Source of the DNA: a virus
Virus record (IMG/VR): IMGVR_UViG_3300005805_000045
Location: 64,001-128,000 of that record
DNA: 64,000 bases
Direction: 5' to 3' (one strand)
In this document: piece by piece, positions 55,325 through 64,000 of the stretch
Position numbering within the stretch: the stretch's first letter is position 1
Layout: every line of letters starts with the position of its first letter
The notes under the pieces: generated by a model
Databases searched by the model: none
Seen by the model: the letters and a program-made list of their open reading frames with translations, nothing else
What the model was told of the DNA's origin: nothing
Program-made: the position numbers and the translations under genes

Positions 55325-55987
55325 TCACATGTCCTTGATTGATGCGAATTGAGTTGTGATGATATTCCAACATTCTGTAGCAATCTCACGATGTTCTTTC
55401 TGTGTGCCATTACCCATGCGTAACTGACAATAATGAATCCAGCTTCGTAGACTTCCAGTCATATACATGCGAGACATTGTGATGCCTTCTGGAAGAACAG
55501 CACGAGCTTGTTCTTTAGCAACACCATTTTCTAATGCCCATTTGTATGTTAATTTAGTTTCATGAATTAGCTGCTTTTGCTTGAGTTCCCATGTGTCTTT
55601 GATCTTCTGGTCATTTGTCTCAATAGAGTTCTGACGGTTCTTTGTGTCCTGAAGGCGTGCTTCACGAGTCTGGAATCCAAGTTGTGAAGCATCAGCATAC
55701 CGTTGAGAGAACTCTTGGAACGAGAATGATCGATGCCGAAGGATTTGCCGTGCAATGTCACGAGTCGTATTTATTTCCATGACAACATGAACCATCTCAA
55801 ATGGACTCCAATGTTGACTCTTGCTGAGATATTTGAGTAGCTTGGCTGACGTATCGAAATTTTCTTGATTAGCAGGATTGGACACACGAGCACAGTATGC
55901 AACCAGGTCTTCAGATGAAGGTAGGCTGTTGCTACCTTCAAATGCACCCAGAACAGGCTGTGTCATAGCGATTAGACGAACGCTCAT
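55325..55987 (-). CDS. thyX: Flavin-dependent thymidylate synthase
   Basis: HWSPFE, RHRSFSFQEFSQRY, EQARAVLP, TQKEHR. Confidence 0.96.
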   Translation of the reverse strand: MSVRLIAMTQPVLGAFEGSNSLPSSEDLVAYCARVSNPANQENFDTSAKLLKYLSKSQHWSPFEMVHVVMEINTTRDIARQILRHRSFSFQEFSQRYADASQLGFQTREARLQDTKNRQNSIETNDQKIKDTWELKQKQLIHETKLTYKWALENGVAKEQARAVLPEGITMSRMYMTGSLRSWIHYCQLRMGNGTQKEHREIATECWNIITTQFASIKDM

Positions 55988-55988
55988 A

Positions 55989-57008
55989 TTATACCTCACA
56001 TTTTTTATAAAGTTGGAGTTGGAGTTGTGCTTTGAGATCAGAGAATGTGTTGGAATCAATTGTAGATTTGATTTGGTCAGAAGTCATGCCAGACAGGATC
56101 ATATCGTTGATGTCCTTAGACTTGATGGTGGCTGGCCACACACAAATCTTTTTGCCTGTCTTGACTGCTTTACTCATGTGCTTGACGATTTCTTTGTTGC
56201 GTGGTTCGTTGTCAAAAACAAATATGTAGTCATGATCACCAACTGTCTGAATCACCGAATACAATGCTGCATCCATAGGGGCAATGCAGTTATCTAAAAA
56301 CAGACTGTCGAGTGGACCTTCTACTACGTAAATTGTTTTGGAAAAGTCGATCTTGTTGAGACCAAAAACTTTCTTAGAGTCTTCAGCCATCTTCAAAGTT
56401 ATATAGCGAATCTTGGAGTTTGAGATCGTGCGACCTTGCACACCTTGTAGCGTATTTTCAGCATCAAAAAATGGAATCACAATTCTTTGATCGTTCTCAT
56501 AAAGTTTTTTGATGCCATCAGATGTTGCAGGAAACATAGACAAAGCAAAGCCCTTGAAGTCTTCAGCATAGTACAGTTCATTCAATCGTGGTAGTTTCCG
56601 TTTCAATGCATATTGCTTTGCTGGATGATCGTCGTCAAGGTCTGATAGCTTAGGTAGATTGATGACCTTCTTTTGGAATACAGGTTGTTCCTTAGCCAAG
56701 GAGAAGTCTGGACGTGCTACGTTACTATGGCTCTCATTCTTGTACTTCTCAAGTTGGTACTGGGAATATAGATGTGGATCAACGCTCTTGATAAAGTTAC
56801 CAAGAGACATGGAAGCACCGCAGTTGTGACAGATATAGTTGATGTTTGTCTTTGTTCTATAGAAATATCCACGAGTCTTGAGCTTGTTCTTTTTGGAATC
56901 TCCACAGAACGGGCACCTAAACGTCCAAAGGAATTCTTTCTTTTGAGCAAACCTTTGGAGCTTGTTTGAAACAAACGAAACGTATTGTCTGTCTACGAAT
57001 ATGGTCAT
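55989..57008 (-). CDS. gp61: DNA primase gp61
   Basis: RCPFCGDS..CHNCG, QGR, VEGPLDSLF, DNEPRN, KDINDM. Confidence 0.95.
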   Translation of the reverse strand: MTIFVDRQYVSFVSNKLQRFAQKKEFLWTFRCPFCGDSKKNKLKTRGYFYRTKTNINYICHNCGASMSLGNFIKSVDPHLYSQYQLEKYKNESHSNVARPDFSLAKEQPVFQKKVINLPKLSDLDDDHPAKQYALKRKLPRLNELYYAEDFKGFALSMFPATSDGIKKLYENDQRIVIPFFDAENTLQGVQGRTISNSKIRYITLKMAEDSKKVFGLNKIDFSKTIYVVEGPLDSLFLDNCIAPMDAALYSVIQTVGDHDYIFVFDNEPRNKEIVKHMSKAVKTGKKICVWPATIKSKDINDMILSGMTSDQIKSTIDSNTFSDLKAQLQLQLYKKCEV

Positions 57009-57067
57009 ACATCACCGTTTTCCATTAAGTCAAATGGAGCTAACAATACACTGATTGAGTCACGTTG

Positions 57068-57571
57068 TCAATGAAATATTTTGGCTATGTCGATGGCTTT
57101 AGAGAGAAGAAATACACCCAATCCTATTGCACCCATAACCATGTAGCGATACATGTCTATTTCGGAAATCTTGTTGGTAAGATCGGCTTTGAGTCCGTGT
57201 ATTTCAGTTAGGATCGTTTGTTGTGATTGATTGATTTTGTTAGTCAAGTCTACGTTCACTGTATTGATTTTATTGTTCAACTTCTGCATCTCATCATTAC
57301 TGTCTTGTCTTTGTGTTTCCAAAACTCTCTCTATGTCTGCTATGAGCCTGTCTTGTGAATTGATCTTTTGTTCATGAAGAGAAGCATTTCTAGAGATATC
57401 AATCGCCACCTGTTCAAGTCTAGAAATGGAAGATTCGGATTGCTGGAATGTGGTTTTTATAGTGTCAATATCTTTTTTAAGCAAAGCAATTTCCAACTTG
57501 TTCTTATAAGCGCATTCGTCTGTTACTGACACTGGTAGTGGCTCCGAGTTACTTGCTTCCGTATTTAGCAT
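57068..57571 (-). CDS. Coiled-coil protein with C-terminal TM segment (holin-like candidate)
   Basis: Heptads followed by YRYMVMGAIGLGVFLL; start uncertain. Confidence 0.6.
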   Translation of the reverse strand: MLNTEASNSEPLPVSVTDECAYKNKLEIALLKKDIDTIKTTFQQSESSISRLEQVAIDISRNASLHEQKINSQDRLIADIERVLETQRQDSNDEMQKLNNKINTVNVDLTNKINQSQQTILTEIHGLKADLTNKISEIDMYRYMVMGAIGLGVFLLSKAIDIAKIFH

Positions 57572-57977
57572 AGCACATGTATCCTGTTCTCTCACACTGT
57601 AGGATAATAGGTTTTTTCCTATTCTTCTTTGCATGTGCGCTAATCGCACGACCATAGTCAGTTTCTTGAAGATATTTTGTCCAGTGTTTGTATTCTTTCT
57701 TTGCCATTCTAGCAGAATTGAATACGCTCTCTGGAACTATAAATGTTTCGTTACCTGCAAACATACCACGCTTGACTTCGAACATAGGTTGAGGAAGCCT
57801 ACGATTGATAGCATCCTGCATGATAGGCGTTTCTTGCTCATTTCTCTTTTTATACGCTGTTTTGGATGGATTGACACCAGGCTCACCTTGTGGACCTACA
57901 CCAAGACCAGCAATATTACCACCACCAGCAGAATTAGCTGGTGCATCTTCCTCTATTTTTCGTACAAATCGCTTCAT
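57549..57977 (-). CDS. Conserved head-associated protein (EDAPANSAG.G.IAG)
   Basis: IEEDAPAN..GEPGV..PIILQ motifs. Confidence 0.7.
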   Translation of the reverse strand: MKRFVRKIEEDAPANSAGGGNIAGLGVGPQGEPGVNPSKTAYKKRNEQETPIMQDAINRRLPQPMFEVKRGMFAGNETFIVPESVFNSARMAKKEYKHWTKYLQETDYGRAISAHAKKNRKKPIILQCERTGYMCYAKYGSK

Positions 57978-58040
57978 TTTTCTCTTGACACCCTTGACAA
58001 CGTGTATATAATGGCTGTGTGCCTGTTTCAATGAAATACT

Positions 58041-58427
58041 TTAGATACTTCTTAGTCTTTGACCTACATCCAAATCAACTGTGATATCACTTGAGTTGAT
58101 GTTTCTTCCTCTGATACCAATAACAATTTGTGGCATATAAGACAAAAACAGTAAGAATGTTTTCAATATGTGATAGTCACTACTGTCTATCTTATAGAAT
58201 AACATTCTAACTGTTGCTTCTGTTCCAAACACATTTGAAAGAACGATGATATGATTTAGTATCAAACGTTCTTTCAAATTACCAGTTGCTTTATATTTTC
58301 TAATCAATCTCTTGATATACTTTATCCGCTTCAAATCTCCTTCAAATTCACTCATGATGCAATTTGGAGTATTGTAGCATTTCATAGCATAGATAAGAAA
58401 ATTGTTTTCATTCAAATCATCAAACAT
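58041..58427 (-). CDS. Conserved T4-like protein
   Basis: F..YAMK.Y..P.C...EF..DLKR.KYIKRL..LILNHII. Confidence 0.8.
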   Translation of the reverse strand: MFDDLNENNFLIYAMKCYNTPNCIMSEFEGDLKRIKYIKRLIRKYKATGNLKERLILNHIIVLSNVFGTEATVRMLFYKIDSSDYHILKTFLLFLSYMPQIVIGIRGRNINSSDITVDLDVGQRLRSI

Positions 58428-58791
58428 TATTCTCTTTAGTGTGACTTCTCTCTAATCTATTCATCATACGACGAATAGTTTCTTTTCGTTGTTGATGTTT
58501 ATTATAAGCTACTTTATATTTTTCCATGTCTGGTTTAGCTTTTCTTGCTTTCAAAAACTCTGAATCAGCAAATCGACTAAAACCTTCTAAATTATCTTTT
58601 GTATTATGTTTACGATTAGTTTTCTCAGAATGTGTCCACAAAGCATCATAACCTTTAGGTAATTTTATTTTTTTCACTTTTATTTTCTTAGATGATTTTT
58701 TTCTTTTCTTTGATGAACGATATTCTTTAACAGCTTGATGAATCGCTTTTAGTTCACCTTTTGTAAGTCCTTTAGCTTCTGTCAGTTGACT
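58420..58791 (-). CDS. -1-frame extension of 58782-59366 (no plausible independent start)
   Basis: Frame opens at the A9 run and reads SQLTEAKG...KIKVKKIKLPKG... to the stop at 58420. Confidence 0.65.
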   Translation of the reverse strand, partial: SQLTEAKGLTKGELKAIHQAVKEYRSSKKRKKSSKKIKVKKIKLPKGYDALWTHSEKTNRKHNTKDNLEGFSRFADSEFLKARKAKPDMEKYKVAYNKHQQRKETIRRMMNRLERSHTKENNV

Positions 58792-59366
58792 TTTTTTTTA
58801 CGTAGAACAAGTTTCATTTTTGGCATATCTTCACAAGAACTATTCATCATTGGTGCACCTGAAATTCTTTTAGGACCTGTTTCAGGACCAGCAAGAGCAA
58901 CTTCATCTAGTCTATCTTCACGAGCATCTTCAGCAGAATCGTCATCCATATCATCTTCTAGATTATCTAAAAGTTCATCTAGTTCTTCTTGTGTTACGAT
59001 TTCGGCAAACACATCAAAGAGACCACGATCATCCATCTTATATTCAAAGTAGAGAGAATATGGTTCATCGATCTTTGTGACGACTTCTCCATTATCTCTC
59101 ATACCCATGACTTCGCCAAATTGCTTGATCTGGAATACTTCTACTCCATGATCACCCTCAAGAAAGGTTGTCTTAGGAAGAAAGATGTGAAAGTTGGCTA
59201 GAACTTTTCTGATTTTTTCCATGGCAATATAAGGAGTAATGTAACACTTGCTCAAAGAACCAGTCAGAAATGTGTTGATGTTGTCACGAACAGCATCAAC
59301 GTTGACCCCAACAAGACCTCTTTCAACATATGGTGTGATATCAACTTCTTCCTTGAGGTTTTTCAT
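58782..59366 (-). CDS. Hypothetical head-associated protein
   Basis: MKNLKEE leader; acidic C-terminal region; ends just after the A9 run. Confidence 0.75.
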   Translation of the reverse strand: MKNLKEEVDITPYVERGLVGVNVDAVRDNINTFLTGSLSKCYITPYIAMEKIRKVLANFHIFLPKTTFLEGDHGVEVFQIKQFGEVMGMRDNGEVVTKIDEPYSLYFEYKMDDRGLFDVFAEIVTQEELDELLDNLEDDMDDDSAEDAREDRLDEVALAGPETGPKRISGAPMMNSSCEDMPKMKLVLRKKKVN

Positions 59367-59369
59367 TTA

Positions 59370-59975
59370 TTAGACTCCAGAATATACGACGTTATCTCTT
59401 GGATCATCACCAGAGATTGTGCCCATAGCAACAAGTGTTTCAGTCTTAATACGACCAGCACGACCACCGAGAGTTACAGTGAATGTTGGTTGAGAAATAT
59501 TAGCACCATTTGTTACAACAGTGATAGCTGAAGCATTTGACCAATCAGAACCACCATTTACAATTGTGATTGTGTTGATAACATTGAGCTGTGCGTTAGA
59601 TGAATATGCTTGTAGTGTGTTTTGTGAATTAGCAATAGTGAATGAAGCATTGACAGCAGTACCTTGACCATGTGCTGATGTATCTGTAAGAAGAAGATAA
59701 CCAGCAGCATTGATGCCAGAACCACCAGATGCAGAAATAGAAACAACTGGACCTGTGCCATACTTAACTGATACCCAACCTGCATGGGCTGGATTTTGTG
59801 CTGTTCCTTCAGCAGTAGCTTTTTCAGTAGCGGAAACACCCATAACAGCACCATAAAATTTAGCAGTGTTAGCTACTGTGCTGTTGATTGTTGAAACTGA
59901 TTGAACGTTGGATGTGTTAGCAAATACTGGCTTTTGATTACCAGAAGCAGTATCTAATTTACCCCAAAGACTCAT
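59370..59975 (-). CDS. Virion structural protein (MSLWG..HAGWV..ETLVAM)
   Basis: Motifs of a conserved T4-like capsid/fibre protein; GATAAATA at 60004-60011. Confidence 0.75.
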   Translation of the reverse strand: MSLWGKLDTASGNQKPVFANTSNVQSVSTINSTVANTAKFYGAVMGVSATEKATAEGTAQNPAHAGWVSVKYGTGPVVSISASGGSGINAAGYLLLTDTSAHGQGTAVNASFTIANSQNTLQAYSSNAQLNVINTITIVNGGSDWSNASAITVVTNGANISQPTFTVTLGGRAGRIKTETLVAMGTISGDDPRDNVVYSGV

Positions 59976-60006
59976 TTGTATTACTCCTTTTATTTTTATT
60001 TAGTAT

Positions 60007-60237
60007 TTATCTATTCTGGGCTATCTGAGAATTGAGTTGAGGTTCAAAGTTTACCTCAGTCTTTTCTTTTGTAGGTTCTTCAGTTTCCTGAGCCTCTTGA
60101 GCCAATTTGATACCTGGTCTGTATCTGCCAGAGATGCGTCTAGTGGCACCTCTGGCATATCTATCGGAATGATGACGTTCTTCTAGTTTTTGTCTACCAA
60201 CACTTTTAATCATCTCAACGAGTTTATCAAATCGCAT
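60007..60237 (-). CDS. Hypothetical protein
   Basis: ORF in the late operon. Confidence 0.5.
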   Translation of the reverse strand: MRFDKLVEMIKSVGRQKLEERHHSDRYARGATRRISGRYRPGIKLAQEAQETEEPTKEKTEVNFEPQLNSQIAQNR

Positions 60238-60240
60238 TTA

Positions 60241-61692
60241 TTAACCGCCTGTGTCAGGATTAAACGCTTTTTGTGCCCATGATGGCTGACCAGCAAATGA
60301 TCCGCCTCTGCTAGATTGACGTGCAGCTGGTTGACGTGCAGCTGGTTGACGTGCTGCTGGTGGTGGAGCAGCTCGTGCTGGAGCTGCTGGAGCTGGAACT
60401 GCTGGAGCTGCTGGTGCACGTGCTGGAGCTGTAACACGTGCTGGAGCTGTAAAAGTTTCGCCTGGTTTTGCAGCATTAGGATCTTGAGCAATATTTGGAC
60501 CAACTCGTGTTACTACACCTCTACCACCAGAAAATGGTTGATTTGGAATATTTCTAGTTAAAGGTCTTGAACGAGAACTGTTTGGTCCTAAAGGTATATT
60601 AGAAGGACCTGTTGATCGTTCTGCTTCTGGAGCTGGAACTGGTGATGCTTCTGGAGCTGGAGCTGGTGATGCTTCTGGAGCTGAAGCTGGTGGTGCTACT
60701 GGTCGATCTGGTAGTTCTGATCTACGAGGCATACGCACACCTGAGCTTGGACGAGCCAACTCTTCAGGGGTTGCATCTCTAATTTTAGGTTCTGGTTTAT
60801 CTGTTTCTTGTTCATTCAGTCCCAACAACTCAGCTTGCTCTTCAGTCAATGAACCAAGGAAGTCATTCATCATGTCATAATTACCATTCTCATAGATGTT
60901 TACAAACTGTTCTTGAAGATTGTATGCGATTTCTTCTAGAATTGATTCTAGTGACTCGTTTGTCTGAACTTTTTTAGCAATTTTGTGTGCTTTCTTAATT
61001 GTAGATTTTTCAAGAGGAGGCTTATCTCCAGTCGATTTCATTGCTGCTGACATACCAACAGCATAAGGATTCACTGCTTCTTTTTGCATTTGTTTTTTTT
61101 GCATTCTCGCTTCTGCTTTTTCAAGATAACGATCTGCTGTACCAAGTTGTTTTGATCGTTTTATATAATTTTTAGCAATAGGAGTAAGTGTAAATTCTTT
61201 TTTTGTAGTATCAATCATAGGAGTGCCTGAAGATTCTTCAGATGCGTCCCTGTACTTTTTCATTCTGATTTTTCTTGTAATTTTTTGTCTTTCTGTGCCA
61301 AAATCTCGAACTTCATCAAGAGATTCTTCTTTTGCGAGAACATGCTTATTTGGATTAGTAGGATGAGGTTTTAGAACACCTGCACCAACTAGACGATCTT
61401 TTTGTGTTGCTTTATCTCTTGGAGGTGCAAGAGCGGCAAATGATTTAGCACGAGCATCTTCTTCAGCCATATTTTTCTTTGGCCACATACCTTCGCTCAA
61501 AGCATCTTTGATTGCTTCGTTAAGCATAGCATCATATTGAGCATGTTGTTCATGTGGAAGAGCATTTTTGGAATGAATGCCAAGTTGTTCGTTGAGAGTA
61601 AATTCAACTTGTCTGCGAATCTCATTCTCAAGCATAACTTGCTTGACTGATTCTGTAAGCGCATCTCTTTTTGTGAACTTATTATCAAACAT
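60241..61692 (-). CDS. Low-complexity internal head protein
   Basis: Many (L/I/M)xE sites; NPYAVGM..KAHKIAK module; Pro/Ala repeats; AATAAATA upstream. Confidence 0.7.
   Translation of the reverse strand: MFDNKFTKRDALTESVKQVMLENEIRRQVEFTLNEQLGIHSKNALPHEQHAQYDAMLNEAIKDALSEGMWPKKNMAEEDARAKSFAALAPPRDKATQKDRLVGAGVLKPHPTNPNKHVLAKEESLDEVRDFGTERQKITRKIRMKKYRDASEESSGTPMIDTTKKEFTLTPIAKNYIKRSKQLGTADRYLEKAEARMQKKQMQKEAVNPYAVGMSAAMKSTGDKPPLEKSTIKKAHKIAKKVQTNESLESILEEIAYNLQEQFVNIYENGNYDMMNDFLGSLTEEQAELLGLNEQETDKPEPKIRDATPEELARPSSGVRMPRRSELPDRPVAPPASAPEASPAPAPEASPVPAPEAERSTGPSNIPLGPNSSRSRPLTRNIPNQPFSGGRGVVTRVGPNIAQDPNAAKPGETFTAPARVTAPARAPAAPAVPAPAAPARAAPPPAARQPAARQPAARQSSRGGSFAGQPSWAQKAFNPDTGG
60313..60450. 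repeat. Coding tandem repeats (PAARQ x3, APARV/APA)
   Basis: ttgacgtgcagctgg x3 and gctgga repeats. Confidence 0.8.
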
Positions 61693-61740
61693 GGTTTTGG
61701 TTCCTTAGACTGAAAAATTGACTATATTGTTATTTATTTA

Positions 61741-64000
61741 TTATTCTTCACAGTTCCATTTTCGCAGAGCTTTGTTGATTCTTGAATCTGGATCTCTTGC
61801 GGTCTTAGCAGATGTAAGTCTCTTTTTCATGCCACCCATTCTAGCACAGAAAGACTTTCTTCTTTTTGCTGCTTTAGAACCTTTCTTTAGTTTCGATGGT
61901 TTAGTTGTGACAGCCATCGAGAGTTTAGAGCCTGGATTAGCACGCCGATATGAAGCAATACCTTTGCGATTTAGACCACCTTCTGGATCTTGACCTTCTT
62001 TGCGTGTCCATGCTGGTGATTCTTCACCAAGACCTTTAGCACTTCTTAGTTGTGCTTCTGTTGGTGCACCCTTTTCACCAGGCTTTCTCATACGTTCACC
62101 TCTTGCTCTTTTAGCACGAATGTTTGCCCAAAGACCAGGACGTTCTTCTTCAACATATTTTTCACCAGATGCTGCCATACCAACTGGTTGATACTTATCA
62201 CCACCATATCTAGCGTCCCATGATTCACGAATTTGACTGAATGGACGAGACATCTTTGTGATTTCTTGATTGTTATCTGCTTCAGTTAGTTTGATGCCAG
62301 CTTCAATCAATCTTTGTTCGGCAAGATTACCATACTTCTTGGCAAATCTAGCTTGTGTATCGTCTTTATTCATCCAATCAATAACTGATTCAGCGATACC
62401 ATATGTGCCATAAGGATAAATTGCACCCGCTGGACCAAAACCAGTTACAGGTGAAGATACACCAACAAGACCACCGATTAGACTTGGAGACTTAGCAACA
62501 CCAAACTCAGGACCAATAGAATCAGAAACAGGAAGACCAACTGCACCAGATGCTGTATCAAGAATACCATCTTCTTCTAGTTTCTTCTTTCTTTTCCGAA
62601 TTGCTTCTTGAACACCTTGACCTTGTAGATTGCCAACTGTTGTTCTACCCATGCCTTCATACTCTCTATAAACAGGAGTATTTGAACCTAGTTTTAGAGC
62701 TTCATTACATTGACCAGGAGTATCTCTTTTATACATGTTAGCAAGAGATGTTGTGCCCCATTCTCTATTATATGTGTTTGTTCTGTAATCATCTTCTTCT
62801 AAAAACTTTGTGAACTCTTTGTCGATGGCTCGTGTTTGTTTTGCTTCAGCACCATCATAATTCTTTGCTTCTTCAACTTTAGATTTCCAACCACCACCCT
62901 TGCTTTTATACCATTTTGATGCCCAACCATTAGCATATGCAGATGGATAAACGTCAAACTTTTGTTTGGCTAGTGACTTTGCTTTTGACCAAAGTTCTGG
63001 ATTTGTTGGTATGTTCTTTTCGTTTAATTGAACTGATTCTGTTCTAACATTGATAGGCTTACCGCCTTTGCCTGATCGATCTGCCACTGGGTCTTCCCTT
63101 CTTTTTCTCTTTGCTGCTTTGGCTCTTGCTGCTTTGCCTAGTGCTCTTGCTTTTGCTAGAGGTAAACATTTTGGTTTGCCTTCACCTTCATCTCTAGCAC
63201 ATTGACCTTTGATATTACCTTTGGTATCGAATCTAACCCACTTTTCACGAAACCACTTTCTCAAATCTTCATCGAGTGTTGCTTCAGTAATGTGTGATAG
63301 TTCAAACGTTCCTGGATTTGCTTTTGCATACCATCTTAGAAGTCTGCCTGCCATGAAGTTTGCTTCATCTTCGATTGGACTGCCAGTAGAGCCTTCTCTG
63401 GATACGTCTTTGATTTTTCCATCTTCATTTTGCTTGTGATGAACGAGTTCGTGTGCTATTGTTCTAAACACATCCATTGGATGTCTGTTCTTAGTGCATA
63501 CGATTATTTCTTGTGAAGATGGATTGTAACCACCGAAACTTGGCTGTGTATCTTGATCGTCGTTATTTTTGTAATTGACTTTTGGTATAGATTTGATACC
63601 GAGTTTATCAGATGCAAATGAAACGAATTTATCCATCATAGGACCAAAGTCTTTGTGTGATAGTTCTTCGTTGAGTCTGTTTCTGTATTCTTTGGCAACA
63701 CGCATGAGTTCTAAAACAGGTAGATCGACTTGACATGATTTGGTCATTTCTTGACCTGAGTTGTGATTTGCTAACCAACGATGATGTCCATCTAGAACGT
63801 GATCGTCGTTTGATACAATGATTGGATCTTTATTTTTTGTTCCCATCAATTGAAGTACTTTGCTACCATCAAATTCCGATTGTGTTGCTTTTAGTGAACC
63901 TGTTGGCATCTCTGCCATATTGTAACCGATGCCGTGTGCTTTCAAATATCTCTGAAAGTCTTTGATTGATTCTGGTCCAATCTGAGGCATCAAACCACGA
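61741..64000 (-). CDS. Large modular head polyprotein, 5' end outside the window (ParB-like, zincin HEXXH and several small modules)
   Basis: VLDGHHRW; AHELVH; LRKWFREKWV; FDVYPSAYANGW; GLWANIRAKR; RRKSFCARM..LRKWNC. Confidence 0.75.
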   Translation of the reverse strand, partial: RGLMPQIGPESIKDFQRYLKAHGIGYNMAEMPTGSLKATQSEFDGSKVLQLMGTKNKDPIIVSNDDHVLDGHHRWLANHNSGQEMTKSCQVDLPVLELMRVAKEYRNRLNEELSHKDFGPMMDKFVSFASDKLGIKSIPKVNYKNNDDQDTQPSFGGYNPSSQEIIVCTKNRHPMDVFRTIAHELVHHKQNEDGKIKDVSREGSTGSPIEDEANFMAGRLLRWYAKANPGTFELSHITEATLDEDLRKWFREKWVRFDTKGNIKGQCARDEGEGKPKCLPLAKARALGKAARAKAAKRKRREDPVADRSGKGGKPINVRTESVQLNEKNIPTNPELWSKAKSLAKQKFDVYPSAYANGWASKWYKSKGGGWKSKVEEAKNYDGAEAKQTRAIDKEFTKFLEEDDYRTNTYNREWGTTSLANMYKRDTPGQCNEALKLGSNTPVYREYEGMGRTTVGNLQGQGVQEAIRKRKKKLEEDGILDTASGAVGLPVSDSIGPEFGVAKSPSLIGGLVGVSSPVTGFGPAGAIYPYGTYGIAESVIDWMNKDDTQARFAKKYGNLAEQRLIEAGIKLTEADNNQEITKMSRPFSQIRESWDARYGGDKYQPVGMAASGEKYVEEERPGLWANIRAKRARGERMRKPGEKGAPTEAQLRSAKGLGEESPAWTRKEGQDPEGGLNRKGIASYRRANPGSKLSMAVTTKPSKLKKGSKAAKRRKSFCARMGGMKKRLTSAKTARDPDSRINKALRKWNCEE

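Noticed and set aside
60210-60503. Gln/Leu/His-repeat ORF
   Set aside because: Alternative frame of the Pro/Ala repeats in 60241-61692
1-64000. Stop-codon reassignment
   Set aside because: Core genes are full length in the standard code and use TAA, TGA and TAG stops

Overview
A 64-kb segment of a T4-like myovirus genome (T4 superfamily, cyanophage/phiM12-type gene order). The host is probably an alphaproteobacterium, because the phage carries a two-piece, circularly permuted tmRNA with an ANDN...ALAA tag. 1-24.5 kb (minus strand): tail-fibre genes with duplication/deletion relics, a 1986-aa VrlC-like protein, and baseplate genes gp8, gp7, gp6, gp25, a split gp5, gp27-like, gp53 and gp48. 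24.6-32.3 kb (plus strand): gp4, gp2, gp54-like, gp26, gp51 and two paralogous giant proteins carrying four different peptidoglycan-hydrolase domains. 32.3-64 kb (minus strand): gp32, gp59, gp33, SAM decarboxylase, tmRNA, exonuclease, PhoH, DenV-like glycosylase, a GC-richer early region, RNase H, glutaredoxin, an Alt-like ADP-ribosyltransferase, NrdJ, ThyX, primase and head-associated genes. Main candidate novel system: a late-promoter operon at 36.0-40.0 kb encoding two Pol-beta-type nucleotidyltransferases, a metallophosphoesterase, a GH108 lysozyme and a T3-type SAM lyase. Four of the five begin with a T4 capsid-targeting-like leader (MKTFxxF..E), which suggests a virion-packaged, injected anti-defence enzyme payload next to the tmRNA. 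Also notable: a likely programmed -1 frameshift or slippage on an A9 run at 58791-58799, and three early promoters sharing a precisely spaced GCAT/ATGC operator. All protein calls come from visual motif recognition; no database searches were run.
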